Shown here piece after piece: positions 9,121 to 19,411 of a DNA stretch of 64,000 bases. The notes beneath the pieces are model-generated. The model had not been told where the DNA came from and did no database searches. It was given only the letters and a program-made list of their open reading frames with translations. Made by a program: the position numbers and the translations under genes. The stretch is taken from positions 6,884-70,883 of the forward strand of contig CAZAIU010000006.1 in assembly GCA_964485265.1 (NCBI GenBank). Direction: 5' to 3'. Each line of letters starts with the position of its first letter. Position 1 is the stretch's first letter. Source of the DNA: an uncultured Oscillospiraceae bacterium. Its GTDB lineage: Bacteria > Bacillota > Clostridia > Oscillospirales > Oscillospiraceae.

Positions 9121-9417
9121 ATGGCTAAGACAGCAGAAAAGTACGAGCTGATGTACATCATCAACCCCAACCTCAACGAGGAGGAGACAGCAGCCGTAGT
9201 AGAAAAATTCAAAGCACTTGTCGAGCAGCACGGTACTCTTGATGAGATGGAGCTTATGGGTAAGCGCAAGCTTGCTTATGAAATTAACTATCTCACCGAT
9301 GGCTACTATGTTCTCGTTAAGTTCACAAGCTCTCCCGATTTCCCCTCAGAGCTTGATCGTATCCTTGGTATCACAGACAGCGTTATCCGCAGCCTTATTA
9401 CCGTTCGCTACGAATAA
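9121..9417 (+). CDS. rpsF: 30S ribosomal protein S6
   Basis: MAKTAEKYELMYIINPNLNEEE... The start was moved to the ATG at 9121, which follows AGGAGGT. Confidence 0.9.
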   Translation: MAKTAEKYELMYIINPNLNEEETAAVVEKFKALVEQHGTLDEMELMGKRKLAYEINYLTDGYYVLVKFTSSPDFPSELDRILGITDSVIRSLITVRYE

Positions 9418-9428
9418 GGAGGAGCGTT

Positions 9429-9881
9429 ATGCTTAACCACATCACGCTTATGGGTCGTTTGACCCGTGATCCCGAGCTGCGCTATACGCAGTCCGGAACA
9501 GCCGTTGCCTCATTTACCGTTGCCGTAGACCGCGACTTTGCATCTAAAGACGGCGGTGAACGTCAAACAGACTTCATCGACATCGTTGCATGGCGTCAAA
9601 CCGGTGAATTTGTCTCGAAGTACTTCCAAAAAGGAAGTATGGCAGTCGTCTCAGGACGTTTGCAGATTCGTGACTGGCAGGATAAAGAGGGTAACAAGCG
9701 CCGCAGTGCCGAAGTTGTCGCTGACAATGTTTATTTCGGGGAAAGCAAGCGCTCCCGTGACGGTGACAGCGGCTACCGCGACAATCCCCCGCCCCGTTCC
9801 TCCGGCGACTCTTACGAGAGTATGCCCAGAAGCTCCGGTTTTTCGGAGATTGACGACGGTGACGGCGAATTGCCGTTCTAA
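9429..9881 (+). CDS. ssb: Single-stranded DNA-binding protein
   Basis: OB-fold N-terminus (MLNHITLMGRLTRDPELRYT...) and an acidic C-terminal tip (DDGDGELPF). Confidence 0.9.
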   Translation: MLNHITLMGRLTRDPELRYTQSGTAVASFTVAVDRDFASKDGGERQTDFIDIVAWRQTGEFVSKYFQKGSMAVVSGRLQIRDWQDKEGNKRRSAEVVADNVYFGESKRSRDGDSGYRDNPPPRSSGDSYESMPRSSGFSEIDDGDGELPF

Positions 9882-9920
9882 CCTAACAACTTAACATACC
9901 AAAGATAGGAGGAAGAAATC

Positions 9921-10160
9921 GTGGCATTTGATAGAGACAAGAACAAAAATCGCAAGCGCAAAAAAGTTTGTCAGTTTTGCGCTGATAAAAGCGAGCATAT
10001 AGACTACAAGGACACAGCGAAGCTTCGCCGTTTCCTCTCTGAGCGAGGCAAGATTTTGCCCCGCCGCACAACAGGAACCTGCGCTGCACATCAGCGTGAG
10101 CTTACAGAGGCAATTAAGCGCTCCCGTCAGGTAGCACTTCTGCCCTATGTAATGGACTAA
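9921..10160 (+). CDS. rpsR: 30S ribosomal protein S18
   Basis: 79 aa with a GTG start after GGAGG (...[17 protein letters not shown]...). Confidence 0.9.
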   Translation: MAFDRDKNKNRKRKKVCQFCADKSEHIDYKDTAKLRRFLSERGKILPRRTTGTCAAHQRELTEAIKRSRQVALLPYVMD

Positions 10161-10170
10161 GGCATTATTA

Positions 10171-10211
10171 AACAGCCTGCGGAAAACTAAGTTTTCCGCA
10201 GGCTGTTTTTG
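10171..10211. terminator. Bidirectional intrinsic terminator
   Basis: AAACAGCCTGCGGAAAAC-loop-GTTTTCCGCAGGCTGTTTTT. Confidence 0.8.
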
Positions 10212-10244
10212 TTTTCTGTAATATACAGATAAGTATGTATTTTA

Positions 10245-10643
10245 TCAGCTATTTTGAATATGCTTTGCAAGCTTTAAATCCATTGTTTTAATGTGGGTCA
10301 AAAGAATGCCCACCTTTGCGTTCACCTCGGAAACCATGGCAATGGTAGCACCTTCTATTTTAAGCTTTGCAGCCAGAGCTTCAATCTCCTTGACATACGC
10401 TTGATGCCACGCCTTATGAGTTTCATACTCGGGGAGCTTATACTTTACCTGAAGCAGCTCTTCGTGGGCAAAGTGCGTTTTTGTGTAGTTAGACAGAAAA
10501 TCTACTGCATGTGCAATTTCGTCCCTGCCCTTCCCCTTACCGCAGGCTTGAATCAAGTCGTCCGCCGCCTTAATAAGCTGCTTATGCTCACCGTCGATCT
10601 GCTGATTGCCGGTCTCTAAATCTTTTGTCCATGCGATACCCAT
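10245..10643 (-). CDS. Hemerythrin-like metal-binding protein (bacteriohemerythrin)
   Basis: MGIAWTKDLETGNQQIDGEHKQL...HFAHEE...WH... shows the His/Glu ligand pattern. The ATG at 10643 has better spacing from GGAGG than the TTG start in the ORF track. Confidence 0.8.
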   Translation of the reverse strand: MGIAWTKDLETGNQQIDGEHKQLIKAADDLIQACGKGKGRDEIAHAVDFLSNYTKTHFAHEELLQVKYKLPEYETHKAWHQAYVKEIEALAAKLKIEGATIAMVSEVNAKVGILLTHIKTMDLKLAKHIQNS

Positions 10644-10734
10644 TTTCAATTTCCTCCTGTACAGATAAATTGCTTTTTTTGAGTAATTCTTCTAAATTAT
10701 ATTACAGTCCTGCTGCTTATGGCATTTTCTCGGC

Positions 10735-11067
10735 TTACTCCCAATCCTTCCAAACCTCAGGACAATAACCTACAGTTGCTTTTTTGCCATTTCTGACAAT
10801 GGGCGTTTTAATGAGGGAGGGCTCCTCCTGAAGCTTTTGCAGCTTATCGGAATCATAGGCAAGGTATTTGATTATCTCAGCGTCCTTCCCCTTATCATCA
10901 ATGAGAGCCTCCAAGCCCACACAGGACTTAACGCTTTCTAGCTCTCTCGGACTCATACCGAAGCGCGGCAAATCTATCATTTGATATTTGATTTTCCGTT
11001 CCTTAAAGTAGCGCTCCGCTTTCTTTGTGTCGAAGCATTTTGACTTGCCGAAAATCTGAATGTTCAC
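10735..11067 (-). CDS. ArsC/Spx-family thioredoxin-fold protein
   Basis: 110 aa (MNIQIFGKSKCFDTKKAERYFKERKI...). The GTG start overlaps the dipeptidase stop (GTGA). Confidence 0.65.
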   Translation of the reverse strand: MNIQIFGKSKCFDTKKAERYFKERKIKYQMIDLPRFGMSPRELESVKSCVGLEALIDDKGKDAEIIKYLAYDSDKLQKLQEEPSLIKTPIVRNGKKATVGYCPEVWKDWE

Positions 11068-12038
11068 AGTGTTCTCCCCAATACATCAAACAGGTTGTTA
11101 TAAAAGATATCACGCACCAAGGTCTCTTCCCAGTTTTGGCGGAGCATAGCCTCGTATATCTCTCCGTAATACTCAATTCCGCAAATTCCCTTAGGAAGGC
11201 TGTCCACCCCGTCCAAATCTCCGCCAAGGCAGACGGCCTTTTCCCCACCCAACTCTAAAAAGTGTTCTGCATGGCGTATTATATCTTCAATTGCCGCGTT
11301 GCCGCTCTCATTCAAGAACTCAGGACATAAATTTAGTCCCGCAACACCTTTTAAACGAATTATTTCCCGAAACTGGTCATCGGTAAGATTGCGGGGAGTG
11401 TCGCACATTTTCTTTGAATTCGAGTGCCCAGCGATAATCGGTTTCACCGCAATTTCCGCAGTGTCCCAAAAGGTTTTCTCCGATGCATGGGACATATCCA
11501 CAGCCATGCCCAACGTCTGCATTTCGGCAACATATTTTCTGCCTAACTCGGTCAAACCACTTTTTGTCGGTCCGTTTGCCGCCCCGCAAAGTGCGTTGTC
11601 GTAGTTCCAGCAAAGGTTAATAAGCCGCACGCCCTTTTCGTAAGACGACCTAAGCATGGGAATGCTGCACCCTAAAAGCTCAGCGCCTTCCACCGCAATA
11701 AACGCGGAAATTTTGCCTCGCTTCGCCGCTTCCCTTGCCTGCTGGGCGCTTGTGCAAAGACAGAGTATATCCGCATTCTTTTGAAATTCACGCAAGAGCA
11801 GATTTAGCAAAGCCTCGCCCATGATGCACAAGCGCTCGGTCGGCAAATCCTTAGAATAATCCGGGACAGTGCCTTTTTCTGGTTCGGGTCTTGTGAAAAC
11901 CGCAAACACCTGAGCATATGGCGTAAAGCGGCAGCCTCTTTCAAGGTCAATGTGAAAGTTATTTTTTCTAATCCCGCAGCCCTTGGACGAAACCTTATAA
12001 ATCGTGTCGCAGTGGGCATCAAAAACCGGAATATTCAT
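11064..12038 (-). CDS. Membrane dipeptidase (peptidase family M19)
   Basis: MNIPVFDAHCDT...VDMSHAS...GHSNS...LGGDLDG are typical M19 metal-ligand motifs. The start was moved to the ATG at 12038. Confidence 0.8.
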   Translation of the reverse strand: MNIPVFDAHCDTIYKVSSKGCGIRKNNFHIDLERGCRFTPYAQVFAVFTRPEPEKGTVPDYSKDLPTERLCIMGEALLNLLLREFQKNADILCLCTSAQQAREAAKRGKISAFIAVEGAELLGCSIPMLRSSYEKGVRLINLCWNYDNALCGAANGPTKSGLTELGRKYVAEMQTLGMAVDMSHASEKTFWDTAEIAVKPIIAGHSNSKKMCDTPRNLTDDQFREIIRLKGVAGLNLCPEFLNESGNAAIEDIIRHAEHFLELGGEKAVCLGGDLDGVDSLPKGICGIEYYGEIYEAMLRQNWEETLVRDIFYNNLFDVLGRTL

Positions 12039-12142
12039 AAGCATTTACCTCCGTGTTTCCAGATTATAGTGTATATCAAAACTAGCTTTCACGCAAGCCC
12101 CTATCAAAAAAGCCTACAGATCTTTTTTATTACAGAGCAATG

Positions 12143-12177
12143 AAAAATACTTCTGCATTAATGCAGAAGTATTTTTT
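12143..12177. terminator. Intrinsic terminator after rnj
   Basis: AAAAATACTTCTGCAT-TAA-TGCAGAAGTATTTTT. Confidence 0.8.
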
Positions 12178-12188
12178 GGTTAAAGCCG

Positions 12189-13847
12189 CTACACTTCCAT
12201 GATAACAGGAAGTATCATTGGGCTGCGCTTTGTCTGCTTATAAAGGTATCCCGAAAGATTCGCCTTGACCTTCGCCTTAATTGTTGCCCAGTCTGTTATG
12301 TGCTGTCCTTCGCAAGTGTCCAGTGTTTCCAAAGTTACTCGCCGCAACTCCTCCATCAGATTATCGGACTCCTTAACATACACAAAGCCTCTGGTAACAA
12401 TGTCGGGCCCCGAGATGAGCGTTGCGTCTTCGGCAGAAAGCGTCATAACGACCACAAGCATACCGTCCTGCGCAAGATGCCGCCTGTCACGCAGCACAAC
12501 GCTGCCCACATCACCGACACCTGTTCCGTCAACCAGCACCTTCCCCGCAGGGACATTGCCGCCAAGCTTAACACTCTTTTTTGTAACCTCTACAATCCTA
12601 CCCACATCGCCGATTATAACATTGTTCGTTTCAACTCCCATGGTCTTTGCAAGCTCCGCGTGAGTGCGAAGATGACGCTGTTCACCATGCAGCGGCATGA
12701 AAAATTTGGGCTTAGTAAGCGCAAGCATCATTTTCAGTTCTTCCTTGCAGGCGTGGCCTGAAACGTGCAGTTCCTCAAGACGGTCATAAATAACCTCAGC
12801 GCCCTTCATGAACAGCTCGTTTATAACGCGGCTAATTGTCTTTTCGTTTCCGGGTATAGCAGAGGCAGAAATAATAACCCTGTCTCCTGCGTCAATGTCA
12901 ACCTGTCTGTGTCCTGAAAATGCCATGCGGTAAAGAGCAGACATGCTTTCACCTTGACTGCCTGTTGTGATAATAACAAGCTTGTTTTTCGGAAGCGTGT
13001 TTATCTGGTTAATATCAACAAAGGTATCTGCGGGAACATCCATATATCCAAGCTCCATAGAAACCCGAACAATGTTTTCCATACTGCGTCCCGTAATGGC
13101 AACCTTGCGCTTAACCTTGGCAGCACTGTTGATAATTTGCTGCAATCTGTGAACATTTGAAGCGAAGGTGGTTACAATAATGCGCTTGTTGCAGTCCTTA
13201 AACAATTGGTCAAAGCGAGCACCGACCTTGCTTTCCGACTCGGAATAGCCAGGCTTTTCCACGTTTGTTGAGTCGGACAGCAGCATGAGTACGCCTTCAT
13301 TTCCAAGCTCACCAAAGCGGGTAAGGTCTATCATGCTACTCTGAATCGGCGTTACGTCAATTTTGAAGTCTCCTGTGTGGATAACCATGCCGATGGGGGT
13401 TTTAATTGCCAAGGAAACTGCGTCCGCTATGCTGTGGTTAACGTGGATAAGCTCAATATTGAAGCAGCCTGCTCGGAAGCTCTCTCCTGCTTCAAGGGTT
13501 ATTATTTTGGTTTTCTCCAAAAGTCCCTGCTCCTCAAGCTTAATCCCAATAAGCCCTGCTGTCAGCCGAGTTGTATAAAGCGGTGCATCCAGCTCTCGAA
13601 CGACATAGGGCAGCCCTCCGATATGATCCTCGTGACCATGGGTCAGAATAATGGCGCGAATTCGGTTTTTATTCTGCACCAGATAGGTCACATCGGGTAT
13701 AACAACATCGACGCCGTACATCTCCTCGTCAGGAAAGCCAAGTCCGCAATCCACAACGATAATGTCGTCGCCGTATTCGAAAACGGTAAGGTTTTTGCCG
13801 ATTTCGTTTAAGCCACCCAAGGGAATAATTTTCAGTTTTGATGCCAT
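12189..13847 (-). CDS. rnj: Ribonuclease J
   Basis: 552 aa with a beta-CASP metallo-beta-lactamase signature (...ILTHGHEDHIGGLPY...). Confidence 0.9.
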   Translation of the reverse strand: MASKLKIIPLGGLNEIGKNLTVFEYGDDIIVVDCGLGFPDEEMYGVDVVIPDVTYLVQNKNRIRAIILTHGHEDHIGGLPYVVRELDAPLYTTRLTAGLIGIKLEEQGLLEKTKIITLEAGESFRAGCFNIELIHVNHSIADAVSLAIKTPIGMVIHTGDFKIDVTPIQSSMIDLTRFGELGNEGVLMLLSDSTNVEKPGYSESESKVGARFDQLFKDCNKRIIVTTFASNVHRLQQIINSAAKVKRKVAITGRSMENIVRVSMELGYMDVPADTFVDINQINTLPKNKLVIITTGSQGESMSALYRMAFSGHRQVDIDAGDRVIISASAIPGNEKTISRVINELFMKGAEVIYDRLEELHVSGHACKEELKMMLALTKPKFFMPLHGEQRHLRTHAELAKTMGVETNNVIIGDVGRIVEVTKKSVKLGGNVPAGKVLVDGTGVGDVGSVVLRDRRHLAQDGMLVVVMTLSAEDATLISGPDIVTRGFVYVKESDNLMEELRRVTLETLDTCEGQHITDWATIKAKVKANLSGYLYKQTKRSPMILPVIMEV

Positions 13848-14125
13848 GTTTAGAATTTTCTCCTTTATTATTAAAGAATATGTAGATTACCAATAAATAA
13901 GAGCGCACAAAGGCAAAGACGCTGTTTTTCTATTATAGCCGCCCTGCTCCGCGGATATAATAGATTTTCGTCCACACTGCTTCGTATAATACCTGTAATC
14001 AAATATAATAAGTACTTGCGTACAAATCGTCATGTTGTTGTGCCTGCACAAGCTGCTACAGCTTGTTGGCTTTGTATAATAAAGTTAACATATTTTTGGT
14101 AAATATGCAAGAAGTATTTTTATAT

Positions 14126-14725
14126 CTACATCTCGCGTCTGCCCTCAAGAGCACGAAGAAGTGTTGCATCGTCAGCATATTCAAGGTTAGATCCGACAGG
14201 AATCCCATACGCAAGACGGCTCACCTTAATCTCGAAGGGTTTTATCAGGCGAGAAATATACATAGCTGTGGTGTCTCCCTCTGTATCCGGGTTTGTTGCC
14301 ATAATCACCTCATGAACCTCTCCCTGTGCAACACGGGTAATAAGCTCTGATATTTTAAGGTCATCCGGACCAATATGGTTCATGGGGGACATCACGCCGT
14401 GAAGAACGTGGTATACACCGTTAAACTCACGGCTGCGTTCAAAGGACAGAACGTCCCTAGGCTCCGCAACCACGCATATAACGCTCTTGTCTCTTTTTCC
14501 GTCGCTGCAGACTGAGCAAAACTCACCATCCGTAAGATTTTGGCATATGGGGCAGCAATGAACACTTTTTTTTGCGTCTAAAATTGCATTTGCAAAGCCC
14601 TGAGCCTCCCCCTCTGGAAGAGACAGCACGTGGAACGCAAGGCGCTGTGCACTTTTTTTGCCAATTCCAGGCAAGGATGCGAATTTATCTATGAGGTTTT
14701 CCAATGATGGCGGGAAAAATGACAT
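14126..14725 (-). CDS. recR: Recombination protein RecR
   Basis: 199 aa with a helix-hairpin-helix (LPGIGKKSAQRLAFH), a zinc finger (CPICQNL...CSVC) and a Toprim domain. Confidence 0.9.
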   Translation of the reverse strand: MSFFPPSLENLIDKFASLPGIGKKSAQRLAFHVLSLPEGEAQGFANAILDAKKSVHCCPICQNLTDGEFCSVCSDGKRDKSVICVVAEPRDVLSFERSREFNGVYHVLHGVMSPMNHIGPDDLKISELITRVAQGEVHEVIMATNPDTEGDTTAMYISRLIKPFEIKVSRLAYGIPVGSNLEYADDATLLRALEGRREM

Positions 14726-14814
14726 TTTTCAAAGCTCCTTGTGATTATAATGGGCAGTGGGCGCATATTTTGTCACAGTCTGTGGTGCGGACTAAATTTT
14801 TGCCCGTCACTGAA

Positions 14815-15468
14815 TTATGCGTTGCGAATGGTTTCAATAGCAGCCGATCTGTTGTCCTTATTAAAAACCGCGCTTCCTGCTACGAGCACGTTTGCTCCCG
14901 CAGCCTTGCACAGCCTTGCTGTTTGAGAGTCAACACCACCGTCTACCTCAAGCTCACAGGCAGGGCTAATCTCATCCATCAGCTTGCGCAGCCTTTCAAT
15001 TTTGGAAAGCTGGTCGTGCATAAAGCTTTGCCCCCCGAAGCCCGGCTCAACTGTCATAACCAGAACGAGGTCAAGCTCCTGTAAATAGGGTATAATAGTA
15101 TCGGCAGGCGTTTTTGGTTTTAAAGCTAATCCAACCTTTTTTCCGCAGTCTTTAACGGTTTTAATTGCTTCAATTATGTCCTGCGGCTCATCGGCTTCAA
15201 TGTGGAAAACCACCAAATCAGCCCCCGCATTACAAAACGCCTTCACGTAGCGGTGGGGCTTATCTATCATTAGGTGGACATCCAAAAACATATCTGTTGC
15301 ATTGCGAAGTGATTTTAGAACAGGGATGCCTATGGTTATATTTGGGACAAAGCAGCCATCCATTACGTCAAAATGAAGATAATCTGCTCCTCCGGCTTTT
15401 ACGTCATTTACATCATCAATAAGATGGGCAAAGTCCGCAGAAAGGATAGAAGGGGAAACTTTAGTCAT
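14815..15468 (-). CDS. rpe: Ribulose-phosphate 3-epimerase
   Basis: MTKVSPSILSADFAHL...LHFDVMDGCFVPNITIG... Confidence 0.9.
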   Translation of the reverse strand: MTKVSPSILSADFAHLIDDVNDVKAGGADYLHFDVMDGCFVPNITIGIPVLKSLRNATDMFLDVHLMIDKPHRYVKAFCNAGADLVVFHIEADEPQDIIEAIKTVKDCGKKVGLALKPKTPADTIIPYLQELDLVLVMTVEPGFGGQSFMHDQLSKIERLRKLMDEISPACELEVDGGVDSQTARLCKAAGANVLVAGSAVFNKDNRSAAIETIRNA

Positions 15469-15792
15469 TTGTATATCCTCCGGATAAGCCTTGCGGCGGT
15501 AGCAAATGCACCACCGCCGGCATAAGATTTTATAGTCGTATCGCGCGACGCGGCTTTAATATACGGGGACGGCAGCGTCCATTGCCGTCCCCGGAATGCT
15601 TTAAGCAATTTATTATACAACATGGGACAAGCGCTTGCAAGTCAAAACAATCCTTATTTGTTCAAAGCCTCCCAAGGTTTTTTAAGCAAAACTATGAGCT
15701 TAACTCTTCATCTGTTTGACTATAAATAGCCAAGGGTGTTGAAAAATCCCTTTAAAGAATGTATAATACTTAATCTGAAAGGTGTGTGTGCC

Positions 15793-17175
15793 ATGACATT
15801 AGAAAACTACTTAGACTCACTGCTGGGCAAATCCATCGCTGTTGTCGGATACGGCGTGAGCAATGCCCCACTGACCGCACTTCTGCTTGACCACGGATGC
15901 AGCGTTACCGTTTGCGATAAGCGCACCGAAGCCCAGTTTGAAGATGCCGATAAGCTCCGTTCAAGGGGAGCCGAGCTCCGTTTGGGGGAGGATTATCTGG
16001 AAAACCTGCATGAGGAGGTAATTTTCCGCACCCCGGGTCTGCACCCATTTACTCCCCAGCTTCAACGCGCAGTTGACGGCGGCAGTGTTCTCACCTCCGA
16101 AATGGAGGCGTTTTTCTCAGTTTGTCCCTGCCATACCATAGCTATAACCGGCAGCGATGGAAAAACCACAACTTCCACGCTGATTTCAAAGCTGCTTGAG
16201 GAATCCGGACACACCGTATTTCTCGGCGGCAATATAGGTACTCCGCTTCTTGATAAGGTGCCGCAGATGAAGCCCTCAGACTTCGCTGTTTTGGAGCTTT
16301 CCTCCTTCCAGCTTCACAGCATGAAATGCAAGCCTCAGACTGCGGTTATAACAAATATCTCGCCCAACCATCTTGACGTACATCCGAATCTTGAGGATTA
16401 CGTCAATGCAAAGCGCAGCATTTTTGCCATGCAGGACGAAAGCGACCGCCTTGTTTTAAACGCCTCCGATCCCCATACGGAGGAATTTGCTGCGTCCGCC
16501 AAAGCACAGATATCTTATTTTTCTCTTGAACGCGCGGTCAAAAGCGGCTGCTTCTGCGTTGACGAGCTAATCTATTCCGCCCGCAACTACGAGGTGCACG
16601 AGCTTATGCCTACCGCCGGAATTTTAATACCCGGGCAGCATAATGTTCAAAACTATATGGCTGCCTATGCCGCCTGTGAGGGCTGCATTACGGACAGCGC
16701 CTTCCGAAAGGTTGCCCGAAGCTTCCCCGGCGTCGCCCACCGCATAGAGCTTATTCGTGAGAGAAACGGAGTTAAATTTTATAACGACTCTATTGCCTCA
16801 AGCCCCACCCGCACTATTGCCGGTTTGCGCTGCTTCACAAAGGTTAAGCCTATTTTAATTGCAGGCGGTCATGATAAGCACATTCCCTTTGACGCTCTGG
16901 GAACCGAAATTGTTGAGCGCGTAAAGGCGCTTTACCTCACGGGCGAAACTGCCGAGCGCATTAAGAACGCTGTTTTGGACACCCCGGGCTATAACCGTCT
17001 TACCCTGCCCATATACATCATTGACGATTTCCGCGAGGCGGTGGTTACCGCGGCAGACAGTGCCGAGGAAGGTGACGTGGTCATACTCTCCCCTGCCTGC
17101 TCTTCCTTCGACAAATTTAAAAACTTTGTTGAACGGGGCAATACCTTCCGCAATATAGTATTAAGCTTGGGCTAA
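15793..17175 (+). CDS. murD: UDP-N-acetylmuramoylalanine--D-glutamate ligase
   Basis: Mur ligase motifs are present (...ITGSDGKTTT...). The start was moved to the ATG at 15793 (MTLENYLDSLLGKSIAVVGYGVSN). Confidence 0.85.
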   Translation: MTLENYLDSLLGKSIAVVGYGVSNAPLTALLLDHGCSVTVCDKRTEAQFEDADKLRSRGAELRLGEDYLENLHEEVIFRTPGLHPFTPQLQRAVDGGSVLTSEMEAFFSVCPCHTIAITGSDGKTTTSTLISKLLEESGHTVFLGGNIGTPLLDKVPQMKPSDFAVLELSSFQLHSMKCKPQTAVITNISPNHLDVHPNLEDYVNAKRSIFAMQDESDRLVLNASDPHTEEFAASAKAQISYFSLERAVKSGCFCVDELIYSARNYEVHELMPTAGILIPGQHNVQNYMAAYAACEGCITDSAFRKVARSFPGVAHRIELIRERNGVKFYNDSIASSPTRTIAGLRCFTKVKPILIAGGHDKHIPFDALGTEIVERVKALYLTGETAERIKNAVLDTPGYNRLTLPIYIIDDFREAVVTAADSAEEGDVVILSPACSSFDKFKNFVERGNTFRNIVLSLG

Positions 17176-17325
17176 GTAATTTTATGGGTATTCAGTGTGT
17201 GTTGCCCGTTTTAATTCGGGCAACCGCACAATCATATATTCGTGACACAAGAAAAAGAGCACATTTTCACTTTATTTATAGTCTGAATGTGCCCCGAACA
17301 ATTCGAAAGGAACGGTCATAAAAAT

Positions 17326-18360
17326 ATGCAACTGAAGGACATGATTTTTGACCTATGCGCTATCTCAGCCCCTTCCGGCTTTGAGGATGCCGCTTTTTCC
17401 CGCGTTGATGAGCTATTATCCCCGTATGTTGACGAAATCAGCACAGATGCTATGGGAAACCTTATCGCTGTAAAGCGCTGCGGCAAACCAAATGCAAAAA
17501 AGCTGATGTTTGATGCTCACATGGATGAGATCGGTATGATAGTTACCGAAATTGACAAAACGGGCTTTCTGCGCTTTGCAAACCTAGGCGGAATTGACCC
17601 CAGAATGCTGCCTGCTCGGGAAGTCAGGGTAATGACGGAGCCGCCCATGCTGGGTGTTATTGACACCATGCCGCCTCACGCTCTGTCCTCCGAGGATATG
17701 GACAAGTCCATTGACGCGAAAAAGCTGTACATCGATGTGGGGCTTTCAGCGGATGAAGCAAAGCGCCGTATTCCTCTGGGCACTCCTGTGGTTTTCAACG
17801 GCTCAGGTGAGTGCTTCGGTGAATATGAGCTTTGCAGCAAATCTCTTGATGACAGGGCTTGCGTTGCCATTATCATCAAGACAATGGAGGAGCTTTCCAA
17901 AAAGGAGCTTGACGCTGACATCTATTGCCTTATCAGCACCCAAGAGGAGCTTGGAATGCGCGGTGCAATAACCGGTGCATATTCAATTGCTCCCGATTAT
18001 GCCATTGCTATAGATGTTACCCACGCTGCCACACCCGACAGCAAAAAAGGCGAAACCATGGAAATCCGCCGTGGTGCAGCCATCGGTGTTGGTCCAAACA
18101 TGAACAGGAATATCACGCACACCTTGTTCGAGCTGGCAAAAAACATGAATATCCCCTATCAAACTGAGGTTATCAGCGGCTCAAGCGGTACTAACGGCTG
18201 GGTAATTCAGGTCAGCCGTGAGGGCGTATGCACAGCCGTTGTGTCTCTGCCTATAAAATATATGCATAGTCCCGTAGAAACCATGGATATAAGGGACGCC
18301 GAAGCAATCGTAAAGCTACTGACGGAATTTGCCGACAAGCTTGGTAAGGAGGGTCTGTAA
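17326..18360 (+). CDS. M42 family metallopeptidase (glutamyl aminopeptidase / FrvX-like), paralog 1
   Basis: ...AHMDEIGMIV...LDDRACVA...STQEELGMRGA... The start was moved to the ATG at 17326. Confidence 0.8.
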   Translation: MQLKDMIFDLCAISAPSGFEDAAFSRVDELLSPYVDEISTDAMGNLIAVKRCGKPNAKKLMFDAHMDEIGMIVTEIDKTGFLRFANLGGIDPRMLPAREVRVMTEPPMLGVIDTMPPHALSSEDMDKSIDAKKLYIDVGLSADEAKRRIPLGTPVVFNGSGECFGEYELCSKSLDDRACVAIIIKTMEELSKKELDADIYCLISTQEELGMRGAITGAYSIAPDYAIAIDVTHAATPDSKKGETMEIRRGAAIGVGPNMNRNITHTLFELAKNMNIPYQTEVISGSSGTNGWVIQVSREGVCTAVVSLPIKYMHSPVETMDIRDAEAIVKLLTEFADKLGKEGL

Positions 18361-19383
18361 ATGCTGGAAACCACAAAAACTCTGTGCTATCTCAGCGGCG
18401 CATCCGGATGTGAGGATGAGGTCCGCGATTATATTCTTGAGCGCATACTCCCCTTCACCGATGCCATTACCACCGACTCCATGGGAAATCTCATAGTCAC
18501 AAAGCGCGGCAAGGTATCCGGCGGAAAGCGGATTTTGCTCTGCGCCCATATGGACGAGGTTGGCGTTATCATCACCGGAATTGACGACGACGGATACCTG
18601 CGCTTTGATTTTCTCGGCGGAGTTGACCGGCGCGTAATCATTGGCAAGCGCGTTTATATAGGCAAAGACAGAATTCCCGGTGTAATCGGTATAAAAGCCT
18701 ATCACCTTGTTGACAAGGAAGAAGAAAAAACCGTTCCCAAACGCGAGGAAATGTATATTGACATCGGCTGCGCGAGTGCCGATGAAGCAAAAGAGCTTGT
18801 TGCTCTGGGTGATGCCGGTGTATTTGACGACAGTGTATACGAATTCGGCGACGGCTATCTCAAGGCAAAGGCTATTGACGATCGCGTAGGCTGTGCAGCA
18901 ATGATTAAGCTACTTGAAAGTGAACTGCCCTGCGACTGCACCTTTGCCTTTACCGTTCAGGAGGAAATCGGCACCCGCGGCGCAAAAATCGCCGCCAATC
19001 GCATATGCCCCGACGTGGCAATAGTGCTTGAGGGCACAACTGCGTCAGACCTGCCGGACGTTCCCGAGGGAAAGAAAATCTGCAAGCTGGGCGAAGGTCT
19101 TGTTATCCCCTTTATGGACAGAGGCACAATTTACAGCCGCAGTCTTTACAAAACAGTCACGGAGCTTGCTGACGAAAACGGCATAAAATGGCAGACAAAG
19201 CACATGATAGCAGGGGGAACTGACGCTGCCGCCATTCAGCGCAGCGGCATCGGCGTAGACACAATTGCAATTTCCGCTCCCATTCGCAACATCCACTCCC
19301 CGGCAAGCATTGCAAAGATATCCGACTTTGAGGCCATGCCCAAGCTTGCCCTGCTTCTGCTGAAAAAACTGGCAGCCGAATAG
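18361..19383 (+). CDS. M42 family metallopeptidase, paralog 2
   Basis: ...AHMDEVGVII...IDDRVGCA...TVQEEIGTRGA... The gene starts immediately after the stop of paralog 1. Confidence 0.8.
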   Translation: MLETTKTLCYLSGASGCEDEVRDYILERILPFTDAITTDSMGNLIVTKRGKVSGGKRILLCAHMDEVGVIITGIDDDGYLRFDFLGGVDRRVIIGKRVYIGKDRIPGVIGIKAYHLVDKEEEKTVPKREEMYIDIGCASADEAKELVALGDAGVFDDSVYEFGDGYLKAKAIDDRVGCAAMIKLLESELPCDCTFAFTVQEEIGTRGAKIAANRICPDVAIVLEGTTASDLPDVPEGKKICKLGEGLVIPFMDRGTIYSRSLYKTVTELADENGIKWQTKHMIAGGTDAAAIQRSGIGVDTIAISAPIRNIHSPASIAKISDFEAMPKLALLLLKKLAAE

Positions 19384-19411
19384 AAATAGATAAAAGGAAA
19401 ACACAATTTAA

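Noticed and set aside
15500-15540. A GGCGGTGGTGC...ACCGCC element on the minus strand in the rpe leader, considered as a T-box.
   Set aside because: It only superficially resembles the T-box GGUGGUACCGCG core. There is no specifier-loop, stem I or terminator-antiterminator architecture, and rpe is not a plausible T-box target.
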